From positions 2,436,247-2,500,246 of the forward strand of contig CM082594.2 in NCBI GenBank assembly GCA_040954595.2: a stretch of DNA of 64,000 nucleotides, given 5' to 3'. Within the stretch, counting starts at the first letter, position 1. Each line of letters begins with the position of its first letter. Positions 38,411 to 50,631 of this stretch are shown in pieces. Position numbers and translations under genes: made by a program. This DNA comes from Balanoglossus misakiensis. Taxonomy: Eukaryota; Animalia; Hemichordata. The notes beneath the pieces are model-generated. The model ran no database searches, was not told the origin of the DNA, and was given only the letters and a program-made list of their open reading frames with translations.

Positions 38411-38577
38411 CAGCTTGAGAATCTTGCTGCAATATGGATGCTGCCCGTGGCATTGGGGTTCGGCCACTCTACTAACACGGCGAACACGGAATCCATTATG
38501 TTCGCCTTTTGCGTGTGTGCAGTAGAAGTCACCATTGCCAGCAGGAGAAAGCTGATGAAGGTTGCTACCTTCGCCAT
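38410..38577 (-). CDS. 55-aa ORF with signal peptide (small secreted peptide or truncated first exon); copies at 51696-51863 and 63439-63606
   Basis: CTCGCCATGG Kozak context. MAKVATFISFLLLAMVTSTAHTQKANIMDSVFAVLVEWPNPNATGSIHIAARFSS*. Below the ORF-track length cutoff. Confidence 0.5.
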
Positions 38578-40659
38578 GGCGAGGAATTAAGTCAGTTTAC
38601 CAATGGCAGTCACATTGCACTCACATGAGAATCGGCTGTTGTATTTAATGAGTGTACCCCCGTACCTAAGGCAAACACCACACACAATACAATGCATGTA
38701 GAGAAAAGGGAAAGTTGACACACTGTCCAACCACTACCGGTATTACGCAGTGGTTGCCCATGACGATCAATAATAGGAAAGCGAAACTATCCCTTGCATG
38801 TTAAGAGTTAACCCATTCAAACGCTCTGGAGGGGCAAGTCCCTCTAATTCAACGCGTACATGTACACGTATGCTGGTAGAGAGACAAACGTTAACGAGGG
38901 ATATGAATGGACAATTTTCATGAGCTATATATGTATAACCCATGAAAAACGTCCAAAAATGACAGAATGGCCAATATTAGCAAGTTCGGGAATTTGTCAT
39001 TTTTGACAATTTTCAAAATAGGCCTAAATCCCATCGAGCGCTGGGCCTGTACTCGTGTCGATATTTCAATATTGGCTATTTGGATTTGGAAAGAACTTGA
39101 TGCAATATGTACGTTTATCAATGCGATGGACATTGTTTTCAACACCAATAATATTTATATCCCTGCACCAGAATAGACCTGTACTGGTCATTTTGCTCTG
39201 TTTGTGGGAGATACAAAAACACGACACAACCAGAATTGGCGAAAAATGGCCAAGAGATACTGACCCTTTATTGCAAAGTTAACAATGTGTAAAGATGATG
39301 AAAACTTCCTCGCCAGTTGCCTGCCTCAATAAAACAGCAAAAACCTCAACAAGGTAGGTATAGGTCAAAGGTCAACTGGCGAGGAAAATTAACATAACAC
39401 TAAACACTGTAAAATAGGTACATAAAGAATCTCCCACAAAGGTGTGGGCCTAAAAACGCCTCTAACAACTACAATCCAATGCGACAATGAGATAAGTAAA
39501 GATACAAAGTCCATATAAGCTCTAAAATACATATACCTCCGTCCCACACGACCTACAATGTAGGTAGGGGGAGGTAGATGGGGAGGCGGTGGGAGTGAAA
39601 AATATAATATTTAAAGCCTAATCACTCCGCTCAAGAATATTGCCTATTATTAAGGATTGGGAAGCTCGCATTGTTGAAGGCATATCCTGAGTGAAGTGCA
39701 GGCCAACCATACCAACGGAAACAAGGGGGGGGGGGCGGGCGGGCGGGGAAATTGCCCCTTACAACTAGTGCCTATCCGTCCAACATTCCCTTTGGCCCTC
39801 TACCTTAAGGCCATTTCTTACCCCCTATCCTTTGTTATATTCCTTGTAGCTTTTGCCCTTCCCTGTGCGAGGAAATGACACAGAGTCTTTTGCCCTGTTC
39901 TTCTTTTATACCTTTGTCATTCTTATGAATATTAATGAGATAACACCTGGCGGAATATTATCGCTACGTGATTAGGTTTTGAATATTCGAGGAGATGAAC
40001 CAGCTCGTTGTCTTGAAGTCACGGCTGTAAAATGGAAAAGGCTGTTCCTAGTATTGACTCCCCCCTTATAGGGAACTGCAAATATTGTCAAGGCGGGAAA
40101 AATGAAGTTGCTCTTCCATGAAGTGTCTCCCCCCGGAGACTAAAGTGCTGTAAACCTCCCCGTCGGATAATAGAAAACTGTAAAACTTGATCACTAAGAA
40201 GCATGTCTATAAATGCGATTATAATAGTGATTATAATCGTGCTTTTATATCCCTGCACCAGAATAGACCTGTACTGGTCATTTTGCTCTGTTTGTGGGAG
40301 ATACAAAAACACGACACAACCAGAATTGGCGAAAAATGGCCAAGAGATATTGACCCTTTATTGCAAAGTTAAAATGTGTAAAGATGATGAAAAATTCCTC
40401 GCCAGTTGCCAGCCTCAATAAAACAGCAAAAACCTCAACAAGGTAGGTATAGGTCAAAGGTCAACTGGCGAGGAAAATTAACATAACACTAAACACTGTA
40501 AAATAGGTACATAAAGAATCTCCCACAAAGGTGTGGGCCTAAAAACGCCATAAGCCACACCCTGGTGTGGCCGCCCCACCCAAAATGACCAGACCACCCC
40601 AGGGAAGGACCCTAAAAACACCATCCCCTGCTCTGGATAGCCATAAGCCTAAAACTTGG

Positions 40660-43490
40660 TTACCAAGATGCTGGTTGCCTAATGTACCCCTTAAAAGCAT
40701 CTGACCTCCACCTGCCTAAGGCGCGTATCTGTGCATCAGACAAACCGTCGTCTTTAGCAGCTTGAGAGGCTGCTCCTATCCTAAAGCTATGTCCCTTGAA
40801 CCTGTCTACCTCAAAGCCGCAAAAAGTGAGCGAACGCCTAAGCTGTGCCGTGAAATCTCCCCGTCCTATGCCTAACGGCCCTGGCATGCAGAAAAGAGGG
40901 CCAGGCTCACCCCCCCCCCTCAAACGACTAAATTCCCACAATGCCTGAACCGGACACAAGTCAGACCTAAGAACCTTCTGAAATTTGATAACAAACACAT
41001 CGCCTGGTTTACTGTGCTTAAATTGAATAAGGACACAGTTGCTGACTGTGGCAAACCTGCGCTAACCTGAAACTCCAACTGGTGGAAAAGAATGGCTTTT
41101 CCAACATCAAACCTATTCCTAACAGTGATTTCCCCAATCCTGAGGAACCCATAGAAGGCTGATAAGAACAATGCCTTAAAAAGAGATCGCTGATAAACAG
41201 ATGTGACCACATTTGGAATGGCCTTAATCAGACGAAGTAGGATATCCCTAGTGATAGGGAGACGATCATCTCGTTGATGCACCAGCTTACGGTATGACTG
41301 GACCAATTTGTGAACCAAAAAGGACTTAGTAGGGTCCTGCAAGCCTGCAAGTTTATGAACGTAGCTAATGGCTGACAAATAGGTAGAAACAGTGGATGGG
41401 GCAAGGTGTTGCCTAGAGAGGTGACCAATAACAGTCGCATCGATGACCCATATTAGGAGTTGCTTATTAGCATAAAAATTAACATATCATTAATATGTAG
41501 AACGCGATCTGACCAATGACGCGCCCGGAAAGCCGCGCCTCTCACCCATTTCCCCGCCCTTTGTGACGAAAATCACGACTTTTTCTTTTCAAATGTAAAT
41601 TTTGGGGTCAAATACGCTGTTTGGGGATATCCCGTCAATTGAAAATAAGAAAGTACGAGTCAAACTTGCTACCGGGTCAGTAAGAAAATTTTTCACCAGT
41701 GCTTTTGTGAAATATTTAATTTTGGCGTCTACGCTATTTTTTGAGGATTTCGCCTGAAAGATGGCGTTATTAGACAGAGCATGTACATTGAAGGCGTTCA
41801 TCGAGAGCCACAGTTTCCTAGTGACGGTGATCACCTGACTTGTCTATATCACCGCGCACAGCAACCAAAGCAAAAAGCGACCATTTAAGGACATGCACCC
41901 CAAAAGACATACATGTACTAGAATACCGTAAGACAGTTACATGTAAACAACGCCGTTGAAATATGATGCGGACGCGTGGGAAGTATACAGGCACTTGAAA
42001 TGGGTGCCGCCCGCCCGTGTCCTCGCCCCTCGCTAGACAGATGATGGCCGCATATTTCCTAAAACCATGGAGGTACTAAGAGATGCCAAAGGAACGCCCG
42101 TTGTCTTTATTCTAGACGATGTGGTTGCGTTATAGTTGTGCAAAGTTTGATTTTGCCGATACTACTCCCCTCTACTGTTCAGCATGTAACTGCGTGCTGC
42201 CCACCCTCACCGCATGTACGTCGCCACACAAACAGGCTGACAGTCATGATTGTACCTATAGCCTGGACAAATGATTGTTTATTTCGTCCTACGTAACATC
42301 AAAGGTTGTCATTTCACCACGATCATAATAAGCTCTACCGTATTAATTTTGTTGTGAGCCAACTTAAACTTTGAGCGGCTGGGCTGGAAATAATAATCCC
42401 TCTTCATGTAGTAATGCAAAGTAATGAGTTGCGACTTACAGACTAATAAACACTATGTCGAAACACGTCAGTCACTCTTTGCGGAGGGACGTCGTCGACT
42501 GAGGAAGAAAATATTGTTTGAACACCAGCGCAGCCAGCCTGTACGGTTTCCAGTTGGTCAGTTCGCCGTTTTACTGCCACTTGCCCTTATCCGTCAAGGT
42601 CGTCAATTCATACACCAAGTCACGTCATGTTCCCTACCTTTATTCAAAGAGTAACCCTCATGTTTGATTGTCGAAAACGTAGACAAATTCTTATTCCATC
42701 ACGAAAACAATTATTACCAGCGATCGACAGACTGACAGTATGAAGATCAAAAGTCATAGGTCAAAGGGTACGGTTGAGTCCCGTTTTTTTCCGTGACGAG
42801 TTTCAGTGTGATGCAAAATATTCAATTCAGTCGCATAACTAAAATCAATAGATAAATGTAAAAACTGTCTACTGGTACTTGTCTTTTGAATGATGTATGG
42901 CCCTGAAGAAAGGTCGTGTGTTTTGGTTGCGATGATACCAGTCAGGTGACCACCGTCACTTCATTTCATGCATCGGTCTGTCTAATACCAGGTCGCCATC
43001 TTTCAGGCGAAATCCTCAAAAAATAGCCACATGAGCGTAGACGCCAAAATCAAAATTAAATATTTCACAAAAGCACTGGTGAAAAATTTTCTTACTGACC
43101 CGGTAGCAAGTTTGACTCGTACTTTCTTATTTTCAATTGACGGGATATCCCCAAACAGCGTATTTGACCCCAAAATTTACATTTGAAAAGAAAAAGTCGT
43201 GATTTTCGTAACAAAGGGCGGGGAAATGGGTGAGAGGCGCGGCTTTCCGGGCGCGTCATTGGTCAGATTGCGTTCTACATATTAATGATATGTTAATTTT
43301 TATGCTAATAAGCAACTCCTAATATGGGTCATCGATGCGACTGAATAAACAATGTGACCGAGGATTCTGACAGCGGCAGAGATGGACAATGCACCCCTAA
43401 CTGGCTACCCATGAACTATGTAAGAACTCTCCAAGCACGCTGGTAGGTTGACCTGGAAGAACTGTGAAGAGCCTGCTGCAGAAGTCTGCC
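40660..43490 (-). pseudogene. tyrosine recombinase of Ngaro copy 1 (stop, frameshift and 1.9-kb insertion)
   Basis: AFYGFLRIGE, HSFRIGAA and LGRWRSDAFKGY catalytic motifs are split over ORFs 40920-41378 and 40660-40998. The N-terminus lies beyond the insertion. Confidence 0.88.
41432..43343. mobile_element. 1912-bp non-autonomous DNA transposon, about 300-400-bp TIRs, CAG termini, 5-bp TSD AATAA
   Basis: AATAA|CAGTCGCATCGATGACCCATATTAGG ... CCTAATATGGGTCATCGATGCGACTG|AATAA. The empty site ccAATAAacaatg is at about 55100 in the paralogue. Confidence 0.9.
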
Positions 43491-45938
43491 TACTTCCATG
43501 TCCAATGTATAGGTAGTAACTGAGACGGCACTGGAGTCGGATAGGTATCCATGCCCCGAGATGCAGACTTGAACTGGCCTACCTGCAAGCGGGAAAGACA
43601 GTCTGCCAGAATGTTATGCTTACCAGGAATATGTTTAGCTCGAAAAAGAATGTTGTACTGAAGGCTAGTGAGCACAATCCGTCGAACCAAAATCATAAGG
43701 TCCCTGTCCTTCGCTGTTTGTTTATTCAAGACTGACACCAAGGCCTCATTATCAGTGTAGAACATCACACGTTTGTTACATAGCTTTTGTCCCCAAACCT
43801 CTAACGCCAGCATGATAGGGAATAACTCCAGGACTGCGATATTTAGTGCATGCCAACTAGTAGGCCACTCTCCAAAGAACCAGTGAGAACCAAAAATGCC
43901 ACCATACCCAAGAGACCCAGCTGCATCTGTGAACAAACGAAGTGAGTCGGATGAATGCCACCGATCCTCCATAAAAAACGACTTCCCGTTGTAATGGTCT
44001 AGGAACTGTTTCCACACTAGGAGGTCTGCTTTAACCTCTCTGGTCAGACGTAAAAAGAAGTGCGACTTCTTGACCCCTTTCGTTAAATCGATCAACCTAC
44101 GTAAAAATGCCCGTCCTGGGAGCACCACCAAACAAGCAAAATTTAAGGTCCCAACCAATGACTGAATTTCCTGTAGCCTAACCTTTCTTCTAGCCAAAAA
44201 GGAATTGATCAAGTTGCGGCACCGAAACAATTTATCCTCTGGGAGCCTAGATTCTCCTAATACAGTGTCTAATTCGATACCTGCGAAAACCAAAGTAGTA
44301 CTGGGCCCCATGGTCTTATCCTGAGCAATAGGAACCCCCAGCTCTGCACAAAAACCTAGGAATGTCTGTAGATCCGCTGAACACCGTTCTTTGTTACTAG
44401 CCAGAAAAAGGAAATCGTCTAGAATGTGAATAACAGCCTCCACGCCTGCAACCTGATGAGACATCCACTCTAATGCAGTACTAAACTGTTCAAAAATGCG
44501 ACAGGACGACGAACACCCCATAGGCAGACATCTATCAAAGAAGAAACACCCATCCCACTTGAAACCCAACAAGCAATGATCCTGAGGTGCCACTGGTATG
44601 ATTCTAAATGCTGACTTGATGTCAGTCTTAGCCAAAAAACATCCTGGGCCCAACCTCAAAATGATCCGAACTGCATCATCAATGGTGGCATACTGAACAC
44701 TTGCCAACTCAGGAGGAATACCGTCATTAACTGATGACCCCGGAGGAAAAGAAAGGTGGTGAATAAGACCCAATGGGGAAATGTGGAAGTTGGGAAAAGG
44801 TGGTGAACGAAAGGGCCCTGCGACCCTGCCTGCATGTACCTCAGAAGTAAGCATGGCCCTAAGGCTGCATTCACAAACACCTCTGGAGGGGGGGACGGGA
44901 GAATTGAGGGGGGGGGGATTTGAAAAAATTGAGGGTATGTAAGGGGGGATTTGAAATTATTTAGGGACTGAAAAGGGGGGACTTGAAAACTTTGACGACT
45001 AAATGTTTATTTTGAGTCAACAAAAATGCAGTTTCGCGCCCTTTATTTTACAAAAGTTTCTAATGTGCGAGGGGGACACCCCCTCCCACACCCACCCCCT
45101 CCATTCATCAACACCTTTCAATCATTGACTGGTTTATCTAGTGTCCCAGGTCAGGGGACTTGCCCCCACCCCATGATAACTTTTGAGCGGCGACGGTTAA
45201 ATTTGTCCTCCCCAACATACCGGTAGTTGAGTTAATTTGCTTTTGCCGGGCTCTGTATTTTATAAAATTTTCTTACGTGGGAGGGGGACACCCCCTCCCA
45301 AACCCACCCCTTCAATTCTCGGTTTACAGTGTCTCCCAACACAGAAAACAAATACTTAAAAAATAAAAACAATGTTCAGTTTTAATACCCACTGATGAGG
45401 GGAAACATCAGTTTCAAATTCTTTTCATGGGAGGGCTGTTTTTCTTTTTTACAAGATATGATGTGTTTTGCTCTGTGAAAGAAAATGGGGGGGGGGGGGA
45501 TTTCAAAATTTTGGCAGTTCCGAAGGGGGGGATTTGAAAATATTTCGGGTTGTATAGGGGGGCATGTGAAAATTAGCGGTAAAAAAATTGAATTCTCCCC
45601 CCCCCCTCCAGAGGTGTTTGTGAATGCAGCATAACTGCTTCGGGATTGTCAAGTGCAGACTTCAAATTAGGGAATGACCCCCCGCCCCTATGACCACAGT
45701 AATTTATCGAAAAACCATGTGAAAAACCTGCCAACAAATAAGCCGCCTTGCCCTTGTCGTAGCCGTGTAGAAACTGCCTAAGAACTTGAACCTTTACTGG
45801 TGACACTATTATTGGCAACGGAGGGCTGTTTGGACACCACGGAAGCTCTGGGAGCGTGGTAGGGACCTCCTCCTTTTCCAGAGTGAAAGGGCTGATGGAC
45901 TCCTTCCCCACTGCTGAGACTAGATGAGCTTTTGACAC
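43490..45938 (-). pseudogene. RT/RNase H (pol) of Ngaro copy 1, interrupted by an H-MITE
   Basis: KTDIKSAFR, LPMGCSSS, HILDDF, FTDAAG, IAVLEL, TDN and ADCLSR motifs. Removing the MITE and one TAA restores the frame (..NPEAVRAMLTSEV..). Confidence 0.9.
44863..45631. mobile_element. family H Harbinger MITE inserted in Ngaro pol (copy 1)
   Basis: TAA|GGCTGCATTC ... GAATGCAGCA|TAA, with the terminal C mutated to A. Confidence 0.92.
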
Positions 45939-46895
45939 TACACATGGAAATGGGATGGTTTGCCCCGCACTTAAAGCACTTGTGGTCGAAGCGACATCCA
46001 GGGCAGAACTTTCCCGAGTGAAAACGCCAACAAACCCCTTTCGGAAAGGACGTACTGGAGAAACCCGAAATGAAACTGTTACTGCTAGACATGGGGGCAG
46101 CCCGATCAGAAGACAAATTCTTAACCCTATGTATGGCCTGTAACCACAACTCCCAGTGAATCTGGTCCCAAGGAACAGGAGTCGACTGCTTCATAAAGCG
46201 AAACTGCTCATCATAAAACTTCCAACCAGCTTTTTTGGCAGCTAGATCCCGCACCACTTCCCCATACTTCAAAAGGCCTGCAATGTCTTCAGGCTTGCTC
46301 AATGTGTACACAGCTACAAAGATGTTAAAAGCTGAAATCCACTGCTCAATGTAAGTAATTGTCTTAGCACTAGCAACGGGCTCTAGACATACCTGAGGCC
46401 TACCAACACTATCAGATAATTATAAAGCGACGGTGTATTTACCATCACGCAGGGAGGGATTGATGAGCAAAGACGCAAAATCGATGTAATCACCTGCCCA
46501 GATTTTAGCCTTAACCATATCCGACACCCTTGTAACCAAGGGCATGGATTGGCTTGCAAACAATGTGGTAGGTTGACGCTCTGTCTCAGACCCCTGAATA
46601 GTAGGTGTTCATCCTGGACCTGACCTTGTGGTAACGAATCAACTTGCACCTCTGGACCAGTAATGTCATAGATGACTTGATTGGCGACTGATGAAGATGC
46701 GGTGGCTGTCGCTGTAGGTGGGCTTGCAGCGGGAAAAAGGCCGGCGTCTTTAAGACTCTTGACGACTGCCTGAGATATTGAGGTAGCTAACGCATCTGGG
46801 TCGATGGTTGAACTTGCGGCCGGCTGTTCTCCCTGTTGAGAACCTGCCTGGGTTGGTACCTCAGCACTTGATGACGTGGCCTTGCGCTTAGGCAA
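45778..46895 (-). pseudogene. Ngaro gag-like ORF1, copy 1 (frameshift plus in-frame stop)
   Basis: KIWAGDYIDFASLL, W..YDEQFR and Cys/His finger CWRFHSGKFCPGCRFDHKCFKCGANHPISMC. Confidence 0.8.
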
Positions 46896-48006
46896 AATTG
46901 TCTTGCCCTTCGAAGTAGCTTTCCGCTTCGATGGCCCCTATTGGCTAAAATAATCGAATAACATAGCTATGTAGGAGTGCCAATAAGATCTGTAAAATGT
47001 AAAATAAACTATCAGCAATATACTCCTCAGAAAAACAACCCTTCTAATAAAGGGTATTGTGAGTTAAGTAACGTGAAAAAGGAAAACACCTTATAAATGG
47101 CCACCATATGGTTACCGAGAAAATTGATGTAATCATGTATACATACTTGTGGCATGCATAGCAAAACCACCACTGGGTAACGATAAAATTGCCAGAACGT
47201 CACGGACTCGAGGTAACGGTTCGGCGGGAAAAGTCAAACAAAGTAGCAAAATAAACCTGCTAAAATTGATCATGTGACCCGTCAGGCGGGAATTGCACCG
47301 TGAAAAGATGCAAGCACTGATTTATAAATGATCCCAACAATAAATCCCGACAAAGACAAATTAAAATAAAAAGAAAACGTCTTTTCTATGAAAAAGACTA
47401 TCATTTGTATCGCCCGATAATTTCTGGCGAGTAAAGATACCTTCACTTGTATCATGTTGCACTCGTACAATGAAAAGTCTAGATGTAATATTATAACCAA
47501 GTCTCAAAATTTGAGAGAAGAAAGTGCGTAATGTAAATGTAAAATGAAAATAAACCACGTAGGTGAAAACCTTGGAAAAAGGTAAAAACGGACGCCGTAA
47601 TATATCAATGTGGGGCTTGTAAAACTATACAATAAAATGTAATTACAACTCGGGCTGCAAAACTGTGAAATATTAAATAACATATATACCGACAACTACT
47701 TCGTAAAAAAGAAAATAGCCTTAGCATTTACCGCCAATGCTATATGCAATTCTCTACAAAAACCTTATGAATGGTAGGTAATTGGCACTTGCCTGAAAAT
47801 TCGAAGAAAAAGTGAAAATTCGAGGAGATGAACCAGCTCGTTGTCTTGAAGTCACGGCTGTAAAATGGAAAAGGCTGTTCCTAGTATTGACTCTCCCCTT
47901 ATAGGAAACTGCAAATATTGTCAAGGCGGGAAAAATGAAGTTGCTCTTCCATGAAGTGTCTCCCCCCGGAGACTAAAGTGCTGTAAACCTCCCTGTCGGA
48001 TAACAG

Positions 48007-48143
48007 GCGTAGGCTGTAACATGGAAGATGGTTTCGCCACACCTGGAAACGACATAAATGACGGATACCAAAACATCAAGAGCAGTCCAGAAGAATGTTG
48101 TGAAGATTGCAAACGCAACAGTCAGTGTCTCGGATGGACTTTG
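48007..48143 (+). pseudogene. PAN/apple-domain exon fragment abutting the Ngaro A1 repeat; copy at 59758-59894
   Basis: aacag|GC GTA GGC TGT..: GCNMEDGFATPGNDINDGYQNIKSSPEECCEDCKRNSQCLGWTL shows the C..GND..CC..C..C..WT PAN/apple pattern. The final C-x-L-K strand is absent. Confidence 0.6.
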
Positions 48144-49701
48144 GCCATTTCTTTCATTATTCGCGTTCTTTGTATCAACCATGTTTCTTGTTCGGCTCTC
48201 TGAAGCGCTATGAGAATCATATTTGCGGGCCACTGAGATGTTATATTCAAAGTTATACTTACGCATATTTAACATTGAGATGTTTGTATCTTTCAGGTGT
48301 CTAACATAAACTACAGCTGAATACATCATGATTTAGACAAAGACAGTGGAGAGATATTTTTGTCAAACGACATGTTGAAATTCATAAAAGGTAGTGGTGG
48401 GTTGGCATCAAATCTTGATATTGTCCATTATGAACGTAATAAAAATAACTAGCATGGTATGAAAAGTCTCGAGTCGTTGTATTCTGTAACTCTTTTAACA
48501 ATATTTCCCGAAATTGTTTATGGTAAAGATACACTGTGGTGCATCCTTTCTGCATATTTGTTGGATTTACGTTTTAATCACGATTAGGGAATTTTCATTT
48601 ATTATGCGAGGGTGGGTCGGTTGGTCATGTCAAAGGTGACCCCCGGCACATTTCTAAAATGCGAATGGCAAATGTTGATTGAGGTAATGTACGCCATGCG
48701 CTTTCAAGATGATGAATTGGCAACTAATCAGTTCGGACATTAAATACCCATCTTCGCCTGCATGTTAACAATTGTACATGTCGATCTGGTCGCTATATAC
48801 AGATGGGCAGACAGACAGCTATGCAGGCAGGAGAGAATACGCTTGAGAAAATTCACATTGTGAGCTTACATCAACTCGCCGACCCAACTGTGTGCGAATA
48901 ATAGTTGGAAACAATTGGACAATACCGTGATATTTAGAATGTTTCATGAACGACTGATTCTTTTAGAGTCTTATCTAGGCCTATATGTGTAACATCTGTT
49001 CTGTTCGATTCTCTACCATGACATTATTATAGTTGAAAACACCAACCAAATGTTCTCTTATGAGCTATTCATATTTGCTTCGAGTATTGTGCTACCTGTA
49101 TGCTTGAATTATCTGTGCGTCTGCTCTCCCCTGTTAACATTCAGTTTAAAACCATTTATCGTTGCAAATGAAGTCGCACGCAAAATGTTAATAGGTAAAT
49201 TCAAGTATTCGACTTATCCCAAACATTTTCCAGTGCTAGGTGTTCATAATATACGACGTCATACAAAGGATCTTCAAGGTCGCAAGTATTATTGAATGAC
49301 CAACACAAATGAGAAAACATTAGTTACCCAGGCTATGCAGTATATGAAATTGCCTGTACGTGTCTCATCATGCACTCGTTAGGTAGTTGTAGGGGCACGT
49401 TTTAGCTACAGTGAATCTTTAGTTTAAATTGTGTTTATTTTTTACCTCTGACGGCATTGTTGAAATGTCGTAGGTACCCTATATAGCAATGCAAGCATTG
49501 TGAAATGTCCCGCATTCTGAGTAATATATGAACACGCCTGTGTACATATTTGGTCAATACCTTTGGGCGAGGGGACTGCATATTTCACTGAGGAATATTT
49601 CCATCCTTCCATCCATCCACGTACCAATCCATTCGTTCTTCCGTTCATCCATTTGTTCGTTCCTTAGTTCACTAACTCACTCACTCGTGCATTCATCAAA
49701 A

Positions 49702-50631
49702 ATGGCAAATGAGTGGCCAGGATTTTTCTACGATGGATTCTTCTTTATTGACTCCCTGCACGATAAGGACACTGTGAAAAAACACAGGCTGAATGACTGG
49801 GATATCAGAAGCGACGATATCGTCATCGCAACCTTTCCCAAATCAGGGACGTATTGGATGATCAACGCAGTGACAAAGATGTTTGGAGATATAAATTTAC
49901 TGCTGCCGAAGACCAAGAGTGCAGTCCGTCTCGATCAATTGTGCGAGAGTTCGGAGGATAAACCCGGCAGGTACGGAGACCAGACGAGGGCCTTGAAAAC
50001 GTCTTTACATGAGATGCCTTCACCAAGGTTATTGTATTGTCACCTGCCCTTCCAATTCTATCCAACAGCATGGAAAGAAGGCCGCATGAAATGCAAGGTA
50101 ATTTACATAACGAGAAACCCGAAAGATGTCTGTGTATCGTTCTACCATAATATGAAGGATATGAAGTTGTTTGGCATGAGAATGAGCTGGGAAAATTGGG
50201 TGCCCGCTTTTATAGAGGGTAGAACGTGGTGTGGACCCTGGTTGGATCACGTGATCGCCTCAAGACGCCTGGTCGAGCAGTATGGCCAGCAAGAAGGAGT
50301 GCTGTACGTCACCTATGAAGACATGAAAAAGGATCTGAAGTCTGTCTTGGCCCGAGTTGCTGACTTTCTAGATCGCCCTATGCCCGATAAGGAAATTGAG
50401 AGCGTAGTACAGGCCTGCAGCTTCGGTGCTATGGCCAAGGGGGAAGATTTCTACCGGCGTGTGTGCGCGTGCTCAGACGGGCACGCTTTTACAGATGGAG
50501 CGACACATTTACGCAAAGGCGTGGTCGGCGATTGGAAAAGGCATTTCACAGTTGCACAGAACGAAGCCTTTGACCGTGAAATTACAAGTAAACTGGAGAA
50601 ATTTGGATTAAATTTGGTGTGTGAAATGTAA
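49702..50631 (+). CDS. intronless cytosolic sulfotransferase, copy 2
   Basis: Same motifs as copy 1. Differs by ALKT vs ALKM, one synonymous site and a TAA stop. Confidence 0.93.
   Translation: MANEWPGFFYDGFFFIDSLHDKDTVKKHRLNDWDIRSDDIVIATFPKSGTYWMINAVTKMFGDINLLLPKTKSAVRLDQLCESSEDKPGRYGDQTRALKTSLHEMPSPRLLYCHLPFQFYPTAWKEGRMKCKVIYITRNPKDVCVSFYHNMKDMKLFGMRMSWENWVPAFIEGRTWCGPWLDHVIASRRLVEQYGQQEGVLYVTYEDMKKDLKSVLARVADFLDRPMPDKEIESVVQACSFGAMAKGEDFYRRVCACSDGHAFTDGATHLRKGVVGDWKRHFTVAQNEAFDREITSKLEKFGLNLVCEM

Larger units (their letters stand above)
39154..48003 (-). mobile_element. Ngaro-type tyrosine-recombinase retrotransposon (DIRS order), copy 1, degenerate
   Basis: In element sense: A1(48003-47818), gag, RT/RNaseH, YR, B1(40549-40244), A2(40170-39985), B2(39460-39154). 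Split direct repeats and no methyltransferase domain. Confidence 0.88.

Noticed and set aside
41432-43343. ProtoRAG/Transib assignment for the 5-bp-TSD element
   Set aside because: Termini are CAGTCGC, not the CAC heptamer, and no RSS-like nonamer or RAG-like coding remnant was seen.
40660-44854. Prophage integrase or bacterial retron/DGR interpretation of RT plus tyrosine recombinase
   Set aside because: The gag finger, RT-RNase H order and split direct repeats identify a eukaryotic DIRS-order retrotransposon.
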